A stretch of 64,000 nucleotides of DNA from Candidatus Latescibacterota bacterium (lineage in GTDB: Bacteria > Latescibacterota > UBA2968 > UBA8231), in assembly GCA_965203355.1 (NCBI GenBank), contig OZ241889.1, forward strand, positions 3,904,001 to 3,968,000, written 5' to 3'. Under the pieces are notes generated by a model, which saw only the letters and a list, made by a program, of their open reading frames with translations, did not search any database and was not told where the DNA came from. A program made the translations under genes and the position numbers. Position 1 is the first letter of the stretch, and each line of letters starts with the position of its first letter. Below are positions 36,455 to 45,444 of the stretch, piece by piece.

Positions 36455-36601
36455 ATCTGATTCCTCCTCTGAATGCTCAATGGGTCAAATTCTGATTTAG
36501 CCCCAGCAAGGCCATGAATAAGTGTTTAACTTATTAATAATACCAACAGTTCGCTGTAAACTCAAGGAATTAACGCAAATTAGCGTCGCTAATTGACTTT
36601 C

Positions 36602-36630
36602 TTGACCTAGTTAATGGGCCACCATATCTT
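36602..36630 (+). promoter_or_regulatory. Sigma70 promoter of dnaG
   Basis: TTGACC-17 bp-TATCTT. Confidence 0.5.
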
Positions 36631-36674
36631 GCTCAATGGCACTGTTAATATAAAGAAACCCCCCCCTGCTAGCA

Positions 36675-38465
36675 ATGCCACACAACTATGAAGCAGAAGC
36701 CATTCGCGACCGCATCCGCGACGCTACCGACATCGTCGATTTAGTCTCCGAACACGTCCAGCTCACTAAGAAGGGTCGCAATTTTTCGGGCCTCTGCCCA
36801 TTTCACGAAGAGAAGACCCCTTCCTTTAGCGTCAATCCCGACCGCCAATTCTACCACTGCTTCGGCTGCGGCGGCGGCGGCGATGTCTTCAAGTTCATCC
36901 AAGATATCGACCGCGTTACTTTTGTCGAAGCGCTCAAATTCCTCGCCGATCGCGCCGGTATCGCCCTGCCCGAGCGTTCGGGATCATCGCGCGAAGAAGT
37001 CGAAGCCGCTGATGAACTCTACCGAGCCAACGACCTAGCGCAAAAGTACTTTCACCATCTGCTGCTCAACGACGATGTTGGCACCAATGCCCGCACGTAT
37101 TTGCAAGCACGCCGCCTCACAGACGAAACCATCGCACGCTTCGGCTTGGGCTACGCGCCGCCGGAGTGGGACGCCTTGCTCAAAGTAGCCGGTCGCCGCG
37201 ACCTGAGTCCCCAAACCTTGGAGCGCGCCGGATTGGCTCTGCCGCGCTCCACAGGCAGCGGGCACTACGATCGCTTTCGCGACCGAGTCGCTTTTCCCAT
37301 TGCCAATCTCTCGGATCGGACCATTGCCTTCGGTGCGCGCACACTCCAGCCTGACCAAGAGCCTAAATACCTGAACTCGCCCGAAACGACCATCTACCAC
37401 AAGGGCCGGGTGCTCTATGGGTTATCCATTTCCCGCGATGCCATCCGCCGCCAAGATGCGGTACTAGTCGTCGAAGGCTACATGGATCTCATCAGTCTAG
37501 CGCAGGCTGGCATCCAGCACGTAGTCGCCACCTCCGGCACAGCCCTAACCGAAGACCACGGCCGCTTGTTGGCTCGCTTTGCCCGCCAAGTCGTGCTGCT
37601 GTTTGACGGCGACGCAGCCGGCTCCACGGCCGCCATGCGCGGCCTTGAAGTTCTCCTAGGCACGGGTATAGACGCCCGCGTCGTTTCGCTGCCCGCTGAG
37701 CACGATCCCGACAGCTTCGTACAAAAGCACGGGCCGGACGCGCTGCTCAAACGAGCCGAAAATGCCCAGTCGGTTCTCGATTTCTACCTCGAACAACTCG
37801 CGCAGCAGCACGATCTCTCCAGCATCGAAGGCAAAGCGCGCGCTATCGCAAGGCTCAAACCCCTCCTAGCCAAGCCCCAAGATGCGGTCCGCCGCGACCT
37901 GCTACTGCGCGAAGTCGCCGGGCGCCTCTCGGTTGACGAACAATCCCTGCGCCACGACCTGCAAGCCTCCATGCGCCGTCCCCAACAATCGCGCAAGGCA
38001 GTTGCCGAGTTATCCCCGACAGCCACGCCCGATCCACCGCGCCACGAGCTCGAATTCGTAGGGCTGTTGCTCAACTTCCCGCAACTCATACCCGAAACGG
38101 TTCGAGAATTCGCCCCCGACTCGCTCAGCGACGCCCGCTCTCAAGCCCTGTGCCGCATCCTCTTCGACCACCATGCTCAAGGCAAAGCCATCACCCCTGC
38201 CGCGATCATCGGTGCGGTACAAGACGACGCACTCGCACGCCTAGTCGCTCAATGCGCGGCCCAAGGTTTCGACGAGGAACAAGTCGAGCGACAAGGGCGC
38301 GACTATTTGCTTTACTTTCAGAAAAATGCGCTGCAAAGGCGCATCGACAGCGCACGGCAGGCTCTGGCTGCGGCATCCGACGACGGCGAAATTGCACGCA
38401 TCAGCGCCGAACTGGTCGCGCTCAACCAAGAGCGCCAAGCGGTCGCGGCCGAACAAAGCTCTTGA
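36675..38465 (+). CDS. dnaG: DNA primase
   Basis: CPFH...CFGC zinc domain, KYLNSPET, VEGYMD, FDGDAAG and DPD motifs. Confidence 0.97.
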   Translation: MPHNYEAEAIRDRIRDATDIVDLVSEHVQLTKKGRNFSGLCPFHEEKTPSFSVNPDRQFYHCFGCGGGGDVFKFIQDIDRVTFVEALKFLADRAGIALPERSGSSREEVEAADELYRANDLAQKYFHHLLLNDDVGTNARTYLQARRLTDETIARFGLGYAPPEWDALLKVAGRRDLSPQTLERAGLALPRSTGSGHYDRFRDRVAFPIANLSDRTIAFGARTLQPDQEPKYLNSPETTIYHKGRVLYGLSISRDAIRRQDAVLVVEGYMDLISLAQAGIQHVVATSGTALTEDHGRLLARFARQVVLLFDGDAAGSTAAMRGLEVLLGTGIDARVVSLPAEHDPDSFVQKHGPDALLKRAENAQSVLDFYLEQLAQQHDLSSIEGKARAIARLKPLLAKPQDAVRRDLLLREVAGRLSVDEQSLRHDLQASMRRPQQSRKAVAELSPTATPDPPRHELEFVGLLLNFPQLIPETVREFAPDSLSDARSQALCRILFDHHAQGKAITPAAIIGAVQDDALARLVAQCAAQGFDEEQVERQGRDYLLYFQKNALQRRIDSARQALAAASDDGEIARISAELVALNQERQAVAAEQSS

Positions 38466-38505
38466 CCGGCTCGGGAAAAATCCTAGGTTTTTAGCTAACT
38501 TACAT

Positions 38506-38582
<77 letters not shown>

Positions 38583-38645
38583 TTACTTTTTCCACACGCG
38601 CGGTTACGATGATTGGGACGCCAATTTTTGTAGCCGTTTTTTCTT

Positions 38646-40826
38646 ATGCAGAGCGTTATAGCCGTCCTGCTATGGGCCACAGCTAGCTGGGGGCAGGTGG
38701 ACGCCGACGTAGATCGCGGGGATTCGCGTTTTATGGCGACGGTGTTGGCCCGCCTCGCCCAACGGGCCGATCCCATTGCCAACATCTATCTGAACCAAGC
38801 CCGCGTCGAAGGCCTTAGTTCCTTGTTGGGGCAACCAATGAGCGCGGGCAAGCGGCTGAACATGCGCCTGCACATTGCCCAAGAGCGGGTGCGGGCCGGG
38901 GATTTGCACACGGGCATCGAAGAAATGCAAAGTGTGCTGGCAGCCGTAAAAGCCGGGCAGGTGCCGGCGACCGAGGGATTCGTCTATATGCTGCATGACC
39001 AACTCGCCATCGCCTATCTGCGCCTTGGCGAGCAAGAAAACTGCCTGCTCAACCACACCACGGATTCCTGCTTGCTGCCGATCCGCGGCGACGGCATCCA
39101 CCGTTTGCAGGAAGGCTCCCGCCGCGCCATTGAGCACTACACCATAAACTTGAACAAACGCCCAAGCGATCTGGGAACGCGCTGGCTGTTGAACTTGGCG
39201 TACATGACCTTGGGTGAATACCCGGAAGGAGTGCCAGAACCTTGGTGCATTCCCCCGCACGTATTCGACGGCCACGGCGGCGGGATCCAACGCTTTCGCG
39301 ACGTGGCACCGGTGGCCGGAGTCGCGGCTGTGGGCCTGGCGGGCGGCAGCGCGGTCGAGGACTTCAACGGCGACGGTCTGCTAGACATTGCGGTTTCTTC
39401 GTGGGGACTGCGCGATCCACTGCGCTACTTCCGCAACGAGGGCGATGGCACCTTTACCGAGGCCACGACAGCGGCCGGGCTGGCCGGGCAAATCGGGGGG
39501 ATCAACCTCGAACAGGCCGACTACGACAACGACGGCGATGTCGACCTGCTCGTTTTGCGCGGTGCTTGGATGGGGGAAGAGGGCCGCATGCCTAACTCTC
39601 TGTTGCGCAACAACGGCGACGGCGCCTTTGTGGACGTGACGCGGCGCGCTGGCTTGTTCTCCTTGCACCCGACCCACGCAGCAGCCTTTGCCGACTACGA
39701 CAACGACGGCTGGTTGGATCTGTTTGTTGGCAACGAGTCCGGCAAGCGGCCCCATCCATGCCAGTTGTTTCGCAATCAAGGGGACGGTGCGTTTGTCGAT
39801 GTGGCTCCCGCAGTCGGCGTCGCTCACGTGGGCTTTGTGAAGGGCGTTGCTTGGGGCGATATAGACAACGACGGCCTGATTGACCTATACGTATCTCAGT
39901 TCTACCGAGAAAATGTCCTCTACCGCAATCTCGGCGACCGCTTTGCCGCCGAGATCGTCGCTCCGGGGCCAAACGAGAGCTTTCCCACTTGGTTTTGGGA
40001 CTATGACAACGATGGCTGGCTCGACTTGTTCGCCGGTGGCTACAACATGGACGACCTCGGAGACATGGCGCGTGCATACCTCGGCGAAGAATTTGCCGCC
40101 GATCGCGCCCAAGTGTATCGCAACAACGGCGACGACACCTTCACCGAAGTCACCGAAGTACTGGGCAGTTTCGGCCAAGTTATCCTAGCTATGGGTGCCA
40201 ACTACGGCGACTTAGACAACGATGGGTTCCCCGACTGCTACGTCGGCACTGGGATCCCCGATCTGCGTGCGCTCACGCCCAACCGCATGTTGCGCAACGA
40301 CGGGGGGGTGCGGTTTTTGGACGTCACCACCACAGGCGGTTTCGGCAACGTGCAGAAAGGGCACGGAGTGTCCTTTGCCGACTTCGACAATGACGGGGAC
40401 CAAGACGTCTTCGAGGTCATGGGCGGTGCTTTTGAAGGCGACCTCTATCAGAACGTGCTCTACGAAAATCCCGGACACGGCAATCGCTGGCTGCGGTTGT
40501 TTCCCCAAGGCGTACAGTCGAACCGAGGTGCTATTGGCGGCCGCGTCCGGGTGCGCGTGCGGCGACCAGACGGCAGCACCCGCGACATCCACCACCTCAT
40601 CGGCTCGGGCGGCAGCTTTGGGGCCAACCCGCTCACACCGCACCTCGGGCTGGGGGACGCTGTTGCAGTGGAGTTTGTGGAAATCACTTGGCCAGCGACC
40701 TATCAGACGCAGCGCTGGACAGGGCTGAAGCTCGACCGCGCGTACCGCCTGCGCGAGGACCACTCGTTGGCAACGGAAGTAGCTCTACCGAAATTCCACT
40801 TTGCCACCGGGCACAACGGACATTGA
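38646..40826 (+). CDS. CRTAC1-family FG-GAP repeat / ASPIC-UnbV secreted protein
   Basis: Signal peptide; about seven DxDNDGxxD repeats; SNRGAIGGRV...HLGLG...VEITWP (UnbV domain). Confidence 0.88.
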   Translation: MQSVIAVLLWATASWGQVDADVDRGDSRFMATVLARLAQRADPIANIYLNQARVEGLSSLLGQPMSAGKRLNMRLHIAQERVRAGDLHTGIEEMQSVLAAVKAGQVPATEGFVYMLHDQLAIAYLRLGEQENCLLNHTTDSCLLPIRGDGIHRLQEGSRRAIEHYTINLNKRPSDLGTRWLLNLAYMTLGEYPEGVPEPWCIPPHVFDGHGGGIQRFRDVAPVAGVAAVGLAGGSAVEDFNGDGLLDIAVSSWGLRDPLRYFRNEGDGTFTEATTAAGLAGQIGGINLEQADYDNDGDVDLLVLRGAWMGEEGRMPNSLLRNNGDGAFVDVTRRAGLFSLHPTHAAAFADYDNDGWLDLFVGNESGKRPHPCQLFRNQGDGAFVDVAPAVGVAHVGFVKGVAWGDIDNDGLIDLYVSQFYRENVLYRNLGDRFAAEIVAPGPNESFPTWFWDYDNDGWLDLFAGGYNMDDLGDMARAYLGEEFAADRAQVYRNNGDDTFTEVTEVLGSFGQVILAMGANYGDLDNDGFPDCYVGTGIPDLRALTPNRMLRNDGGVRFLDVTTTGGFGNVQKGHGVSFADFDNDGDQDVFEVMGGAFEGDLYQNVLYENPGHGNRWLRLFPQGVQSNRGAIGGRVRVRVRRPDGSTRDIHHLIGSGGSFGANPLTPHLGLGDAVAVEFVEITWPATYQTQRWTGLKLDRAYRLREDHSLATEVALPKFHFATGHNGH

Positions 40827-40851
40827 CTCAGCAACCATTGGCGGCTAATTT
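40823..40851 (+). promoter_or_regulatory. Sigma70 promoter of tRNA-Val(CAC)
   Basis: TTGACT-17 bp-TAATTT, overlapping the upstream stop codon. Confidence 0.55.
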
Positions 40852-40865
40852 TAGAAAACGCTCTT

Positions 40866-40942
40866 GGGCGATTAGCTCAGTTGGTTAGAGCGCCGGTCTC
40901 ACATACCGGAGGTCCGCAGTTCAAATCTGCGATTGCCCACCA
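40866..40942 (+). tRNA. tRNA-Val (anticodon CAC)
   Basis: 77-nt cloverleaf with CCGGT-CTCACAT-ACCGG arm; GTTCAA T-loop; encoded CCA. Confidence 0.93.
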
Positions 40943-40995
40943 TCGTCACAGGCCGTGCGAAGCGCATCTCAGCTTCCACGGCTTTTTTTAGCAAT

Positions 40996-41027
40996 AAAAG
41001 GCACCTACCCGCAAGTAGGTGCCTTTT
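40996..41027. terminator. Bidirectional terminator hairpin
   Basis: AAAAGGCACCTAC-ccgcaa-GTAGGTGCCTTTT between convergent genes. A second hairpin with a T-run lies at about 40950-40989. Confidence 0.8.
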
Positions 41028-41042
41028 GTTCTACAATCCGCG

Positions 41043-41717
41043 CTATGGATATAGATGCTCTTTTACCAAGGCCCAAGGCATCGGTAAAATGTTCGTTCCC
41101 ATGACGGGTTCGGGCGCTTCCCCTCCTTCCGGGAGCAGGTACGCAGGAATGGATCCTGGCGTCCCCCTTTCGCTGGCACCTACATCCCAGCCGCTTTGTT
41201 CGGTTGCCGTTGCCCAGCTTTCGGGCTGGTCGCCGGGCTGGTCAAAGGCGATGCGGACCATAGCACTTTTGCTAGCCGCGTCGCCAGCGAAAGGAGCTCC
41301 GCGGCCATCGTCAGCCACGTCAATGAGTTGGCCGCCAGCTTGCGGATCGCCATCGTATAGCTGTAAGAACAGCTTGGTATTGGGCAGCGAAACGGCGGCG
41401 TCAACGCGCTGCGGCTCAACGGCGAGGAGGGAGCTTTTGTGATCGGCAGCGTAGTTAGCGATGAGAAAAGCCTGTCCGGCGGGGATCGCAGCAGCGTCGA
41501 GCACAAACATCACCTTGTCCTCGTCGCCGCTGCGGTAGGTCAAAGTCCAGCCAGCCAGATCGATCGCCGCCGCGCTGGTGTTGTAGAGTTCGATCCACTC
41601 GTCGGCAGTAGATGCCGTACTACCGGACCACATCAACTCGGATATGACGACCGGCCCGGGTTGGGCCGCAACAGGTGCGGCGAAAGCAAAAAAGATAAGG
41701 ACAATAACAGGACGCAT
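41043..41717 (-). CDS. Secreted lamin-tail-domain protein
   Basis: Signal peptide; VVISELMW, DEWIELYN, IDLAGWTL and GTPG motifs; GGAGG RBS. Confidence 0.85.
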   Translation of the reverse strand: MRPVIVLIFFAFAAPVAAQPGPVVISELMWSGSTASTADEWIELYNTSAAAIDLAGWTLTYRSGDEDKVMFVLDAAAIPAGQAFLIANYAADHKSSLLAVEPQRVDAAVSLPNTKLFLQLYDGDPQAGGQLIDVADDGRGAPFAGDAASKSAMVRIAFDQPGDQPESWATATEQSGWDVGASERGTPGSIPAYLLPEGGEAPEPVMGTNILPMPWALVKEHLYP

Positions 41718-41882
41718 GGCAACCTCCATGTTGGGGTGAGATGGCAATTACCATGCGCTTAGTGCAATATGCGTACCTCGGTTTATTATTTTTTATAATA
41801 TATTGTAAAATATACAAATACAGAATTCACATGGCGCGTCTTATCCGTGTTCAGTGCATCTATTTGGCAACACTCCTGACAC

Positions 41883-43310
41883 CTAGTCGATACAGGGCGC
41901 ACGGGCTGTGAGTGCCGCGCACAGTTTCTGTTGCAAACCGCCGAAGCCGCCGTTGCTCATAAAAACCACCAAATCGCCTGAGCGAGCTTCCGCCGCTAAA
42001 AAAGCGGTCATTGATTCGACATCGGGGAGATAGTGCGCTGGCTTGCCGGTGGCGCGGAGACGCGCCGCTAAACGCTCGGGAGAAAAGGGCTCGTCGTCTC
42101 GGGCGCGTTCGGGACGGGGGACCGCGGTTGCGACGAACGCGTCGGCCAAGGCGAATGCCTCGACGTAGCGATCCCCAAAGATAGCGCGGGCATTGGTCGC
42201 GCTGGCCGGTTCAAAAACCGCGATGAGCCGGCGTCCGGGATGGGATCGACGCAGGCCCTCTAGGGTGTGGGCGACCGCCGTGGGATGATGGGCGAAGTCG
42301 TCAATCAGGAGCACATCGTCAATCAGGCCGATCGGCTCTTGTCGGCGCTTGACGCCAGCAAAACTGGTGAGGGCCGTGCGGAGATCGTCGGCAGTTAGGC
42401 CAGCGTGAAAACCAGCGGCCAGGCTGGCGAGAGCATTGCAGACGTTGTAGTCTCCGCTCAGTGGCAAGTCGAAAATCCCCACTTCTCTCCCGGCTCGACA
42501 CAAGGTGAAACGCGTACCCTCGGCACTGGCCCGGCGGTCAGTGGCGCGCCAAAACGCTCCTTCTGCAAGGCCAAAGGTCTCCACCGGTGCCAGCGCGGTG
42601 GGGAGGAGTTCGGCGATATTCGGATCGGTACCATGGGCTAGAATCAGGCCGTTTTGCGGCACCATGTTGACGAGTTGGCGGAAGGCTTTGACGATTTCGG
42701 CCAGATCTTGGTAAATGTCGGCGTGGTCGAATTCAATGTTGTTGACGATGAGTACCTCGGGTAGGTAGTAGAAAAACTTCGCCCACTTGGCAAAAAAGGC
42801 ACTGTCGTATTCGTCGCCCTCGACGATGAAATGCGCACCTTGGCCGAGCCGGTAGGAGCGGTCGAAATTTTGCGGCACCCCGGCGACGAGAAAGGAAGGA
42901 TCCAAGTCGCAAGCGGTAAAGAGATGAGCAATGAGCGCCGTAGTGGTGGTCTTGCCGTGGGTTCCGGTTACCACCACCGAGCGCTTGCCGCGGATAAAGA
43001 AATCGCGCAGCACTTCCGGTAGCGACAGGTACGGGATCCGGCGCGAGAGTACGGCCTCAACCTCTGGATTGCCACGCGAGATTGCATTGCCAATGACGAC
43101 CAAATCCGGCGCTGGCACTAGGTGATCCGCCGAAAAGCCGGCCCGCACGTCGATCGCCAACTCCTCGAGCATGGTGCTCATCGGCGGATAGACGTGGCTG
43201 TCCGACCCGGTGACGCGATACCCTCGCTCGCGCAACATGCCGGCCAAAGACCCCATAGCCGTACCGCAAACGGCAATCAGGTGAATGTGGGAACCCAAGG
43301 GAAGCTGCAT
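41883..43310 (-). CDS. mpl: UDP-N-acetylmuramate:L-alanyl-gamma-D-glutamyl-meso-DAP ligase
   Basis: CGTAMGSLA, YPPMST, GTHGKTTT, EGDEYDSAFF, DDFAHHPTA and MSNGGFGG motifs. Confidence 0.92.
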   Translation of the reverse strand: MQLPLGSHIHLIAVCGTAMGSLAGMLRERGYRVTGSDSHVYPPMSTMLEELAIDVRAGFSADHLVPAPDLVVIGNAISRGNPEVEAVLSRRIPYLSLPEVLRDFFIRGKRSVVVTGTHGKTTTTALIAHLFTACDLDPSFLVAGVPQNFDRSYRLGQGAHFIVEGDEYDSAFFAKWAKFFYYLPEVLIVNNIEFDHADIYQDLAEIVKAFRQLVNMVPQNGLILAHGTDPNIAELLPTALAPVETFGLAEGAFWRATDRRASAEGTRFTLCRAGREVGIFDLPLSGDYNVCNALASLAAGFHAGLTADDLRTALTSFAGVKRRQEPIGLIDDVLLIDDFAHHPTAVAHTLEGLRRSHPGRRLIAVFEPASATNARAIFGDRYVEAFALADAFVATAVPRPERARDDEPFSPERLAARLRATGKPAHYLPDVESMTAFLAAEARSGDLVVFMSNGGFGGLQQKLCAALTARAPCID

Positions 43311-43420
43311 GTCCGTATATACCGTTGGGGCGATTGGGGTGTCAAGGGAAGCGGGCCGGTTTGTGCGCGGCAATCGGCGATTGTTTTATTGTCAGGCACT
43401 TGCTCGCAAGAGAGGAGACC

Positions 43421-44389
43421 ATGGACCAAGACAAAGAAGCGGAAGAAGAAATTTTTTTATCCCTCGTCATTCCCGTTTTTAACGAAGAGAAAAGTCTGCC
43501 TCATCTATGGGGTCAGATCGATAGCGCCCTGGCAACCGCGGAATGGTCCTGGGAGGCTATTTTCGTGGACGACGGAAGCACGGACGGCTCGTTTGCCGTC
43601 TTGGGCCAGTTGGCCAAACAGCATCCGCAGGTGTGCGCCTTGCGCTTTCGCCGCAACTACCGCAAGGCCGCAGCCCTCGCCGCCGGTTTCAAGCAGGCAC
43701 GCGGCCAAGTCATCATCACCATGGACGCCGACCTGCAAGACGACCCCCGCGAAATTCCCCGGCTGCTGGCCGAACTCAACCGCGATTGCGACTTAGTCTC
43801 AGGCTGGAAGGCCAAGCGCCGCGACCCTTTGAGTAAAACCCTCCCCTCCCGCTTGTTCAACTGGATCACCTCGCTGGTATCCGGGGTGCGCCTGCGAGAT
43901 TTCAACTGCGGCCTCAAAGCATATCGGCGCGAGGTGGCCGAAGATGCCCTGCCGTACCTCTATGGGGAATTGTATCGGTTTTTGCCCGCCGTAGCCCACT
44001 GGATGGGCTATCGAGTCGGCGAGATTCCGGTGCAACACCATCCCCGCCGCTTTGGCCATTCCAAATTCGGGACCAAGCGGTTGTTAAACGGATTCTTGGA
44101 CCTGCTGACCGTGACCTTTGTCGTGCGCTTTATGACCACGCCCATGCACGTCTTCGGCAGCTTAGGGCTCGGCTCTACGCTATGCGGGTCGGTCATCTGC
44201 GCCTATGTGGCCTTGCTGCGTTACGAACACGGCAACATCCAAAACCGCCATCCCCTGCTCATGCTGGGCATCCTGCTGATCATCGTCGGCATTCAGTGTT
44301 TCTCCATCGGCTTTTTAGGAGACATGATCGCCAGTATGCACCAGCGCGGCGGACGCACCCCGCGCGTTGTCGAGTGCCTAAACGGGTGA
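43421..44389 (+). CDS. GT2 polyprenol-phosphate glycosyltransferase (ArnC/DPM1-like)
   Basis: VIPVFNEE, VDDGSTD, MDADLQDDP and DFNCGLKAYR motifs; two C-terminal TM helices. Confidence 0.88.
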   Translation: MDQDKEAEEEIFLSLVIPVFNEEKSLPHLWGQIDSALATAEWSWEAIFVDDGSTDGSFAVLGQLAKQHPQVCALRFRRNYRKAAALAAGFKQARGQVIITMDADLQDDPREIPRLLAELNRDCDLVSGWKAKRRDPLSKTLPSRLFNWITSLVSGVRLRDFNCGLKAYRREVAEDALPYLYGELYRFLPAVAHWMGYRVGEIPVQHHPRRFGHSKFGTKRLLNGFLDLLTVTFVVRFMTTPMHVFGSLGLGSTLCGSVICAYVALLRYEHGNIQNRHPLLMLGILLIIVGIQCFSIGFLGDMIASMHQRGGRTPRVVECLNG

Positions 44390-45442
44390 TAGCTCTTTTA
44401 GGGCCGCTAGCAACGCAGCGATCTCCGCGTCCGTGCCCACCGAGATGCGCAGGCAATCGGCCAAGCGCGGCGGCGTGGCAAAGTAGCGCACCAAGATCCG
44501 ACGCTCCTTGAGCTGCGCGTAGAGTTCGGCCGCAGCACAGCCAGCCCAGCGCTCGCCGAGCTTGGCGAGCACGAAATTCGCCTGCGAATCCCACACGTAA
44601 AAACCCAACGCCCGCAACCCAACACACAGATGTGTGCGCGTTGCACAGACGCGGGCGGCGTTGGCGCGCATCGCGTCGAGATCTTCTAGGGCCGACTCGG
44701 CGGCCACTAAGCTCAACCGATTGAGATTGTAGTGGTCCTTGACCTTCCACATCCCCGCGATCAGCGCGGCCGGGGCAAAGGCAAAACCAATGCGCATGCC
44801 GGCGAGGGAAAAAGACTTGGACATGGTGCGCACGACAATGGCATTGGGGTGTTGCTCGATGAGTTGAATGCAGCCGCCCTGCGAAAAATCGACATACGCT
44901 TCATCTACGACCAAGACACCGTCAACCTGTACACAAAGCGCGGCGACCTCGTCGTAGGGCACGAGGGTGCCCGAGGGCGCATTGGGATTGGCGAGAAAGG
45001 TGATGCGGGCCTCAGGCACAGCTAGGCCCTCGGGCAGGGAGAAATCCTCGCCGAACTCGACCGGAACCGCCTCCGCGCCTTGAATGTCGATCAGCGGCTT
45101 GTAGTAGCCGTACGTGGGATGGGGATAGGCGATTTTGTCGCTCTCACCGGCGAAACTGCGGATGATGACGTTGATCAACTCGTCCGAGCCGTTGCCGACC
45201 ATAACCTGTTGGGGAGCAATGGCGAATACTTCGCCCAGTTTGCGGCGCAAAGCCCAAGCGTCTGGATCGGGATAGAGACGCAGATCAGCCGCGCAGGCGT
45301 CGCGCAGCCGCGCTAGCACTAAGGGGGAGGGTGGATAGGGGTTTTCGTTGGTATTGAGCTTGATATAGCCCTGTTCGCGGGGCTGTTCCCCAGGGACATA
45401 CCCGCGCAGCCGAGCGATATTGGGGCGGAACAGTTCCGACAC
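44378..45442 (-). CDS. hisC: Histidinol-phosphate aminotransferase
   Basis: YVPGEQP, KLNTNENPYPP, GNGSDE, VDEAY and RTMSKSFSLAGMRIG motifs. Confidence 0.92.
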   Translation of the reverse strand: MSELFRPNIARLRGYVPGEQPREQGYIKLNTNENPYPPSPLVLARLRDACAADLRLYPDPDAWALRRKLGEVFAIAPQQVMVGNGSDELINVIIRSFAGESDKIAYPHPTYGYYKPLIDIQGAEAVPVEFGEDFSLPEGLAVPEARITFLANPNAPSGTLVPYDEVAALCVQVDGVLVVDEAYVDFSQGGCIQLIEQHPNAIVVRTMSKSFSLAGMRIGFAFAPAALIAGMWKVKDHYNLNRLSLVAAESALEDLDAMRANAARVCATRTHLCVGLRALGFYVWDSQANFVLAKLGERWAGCAAAELYAQLKERRILVRYFATPPRLADCLRISVGTDAEIAALLAALKELSPV

Positions 45443-45444
45443 GA

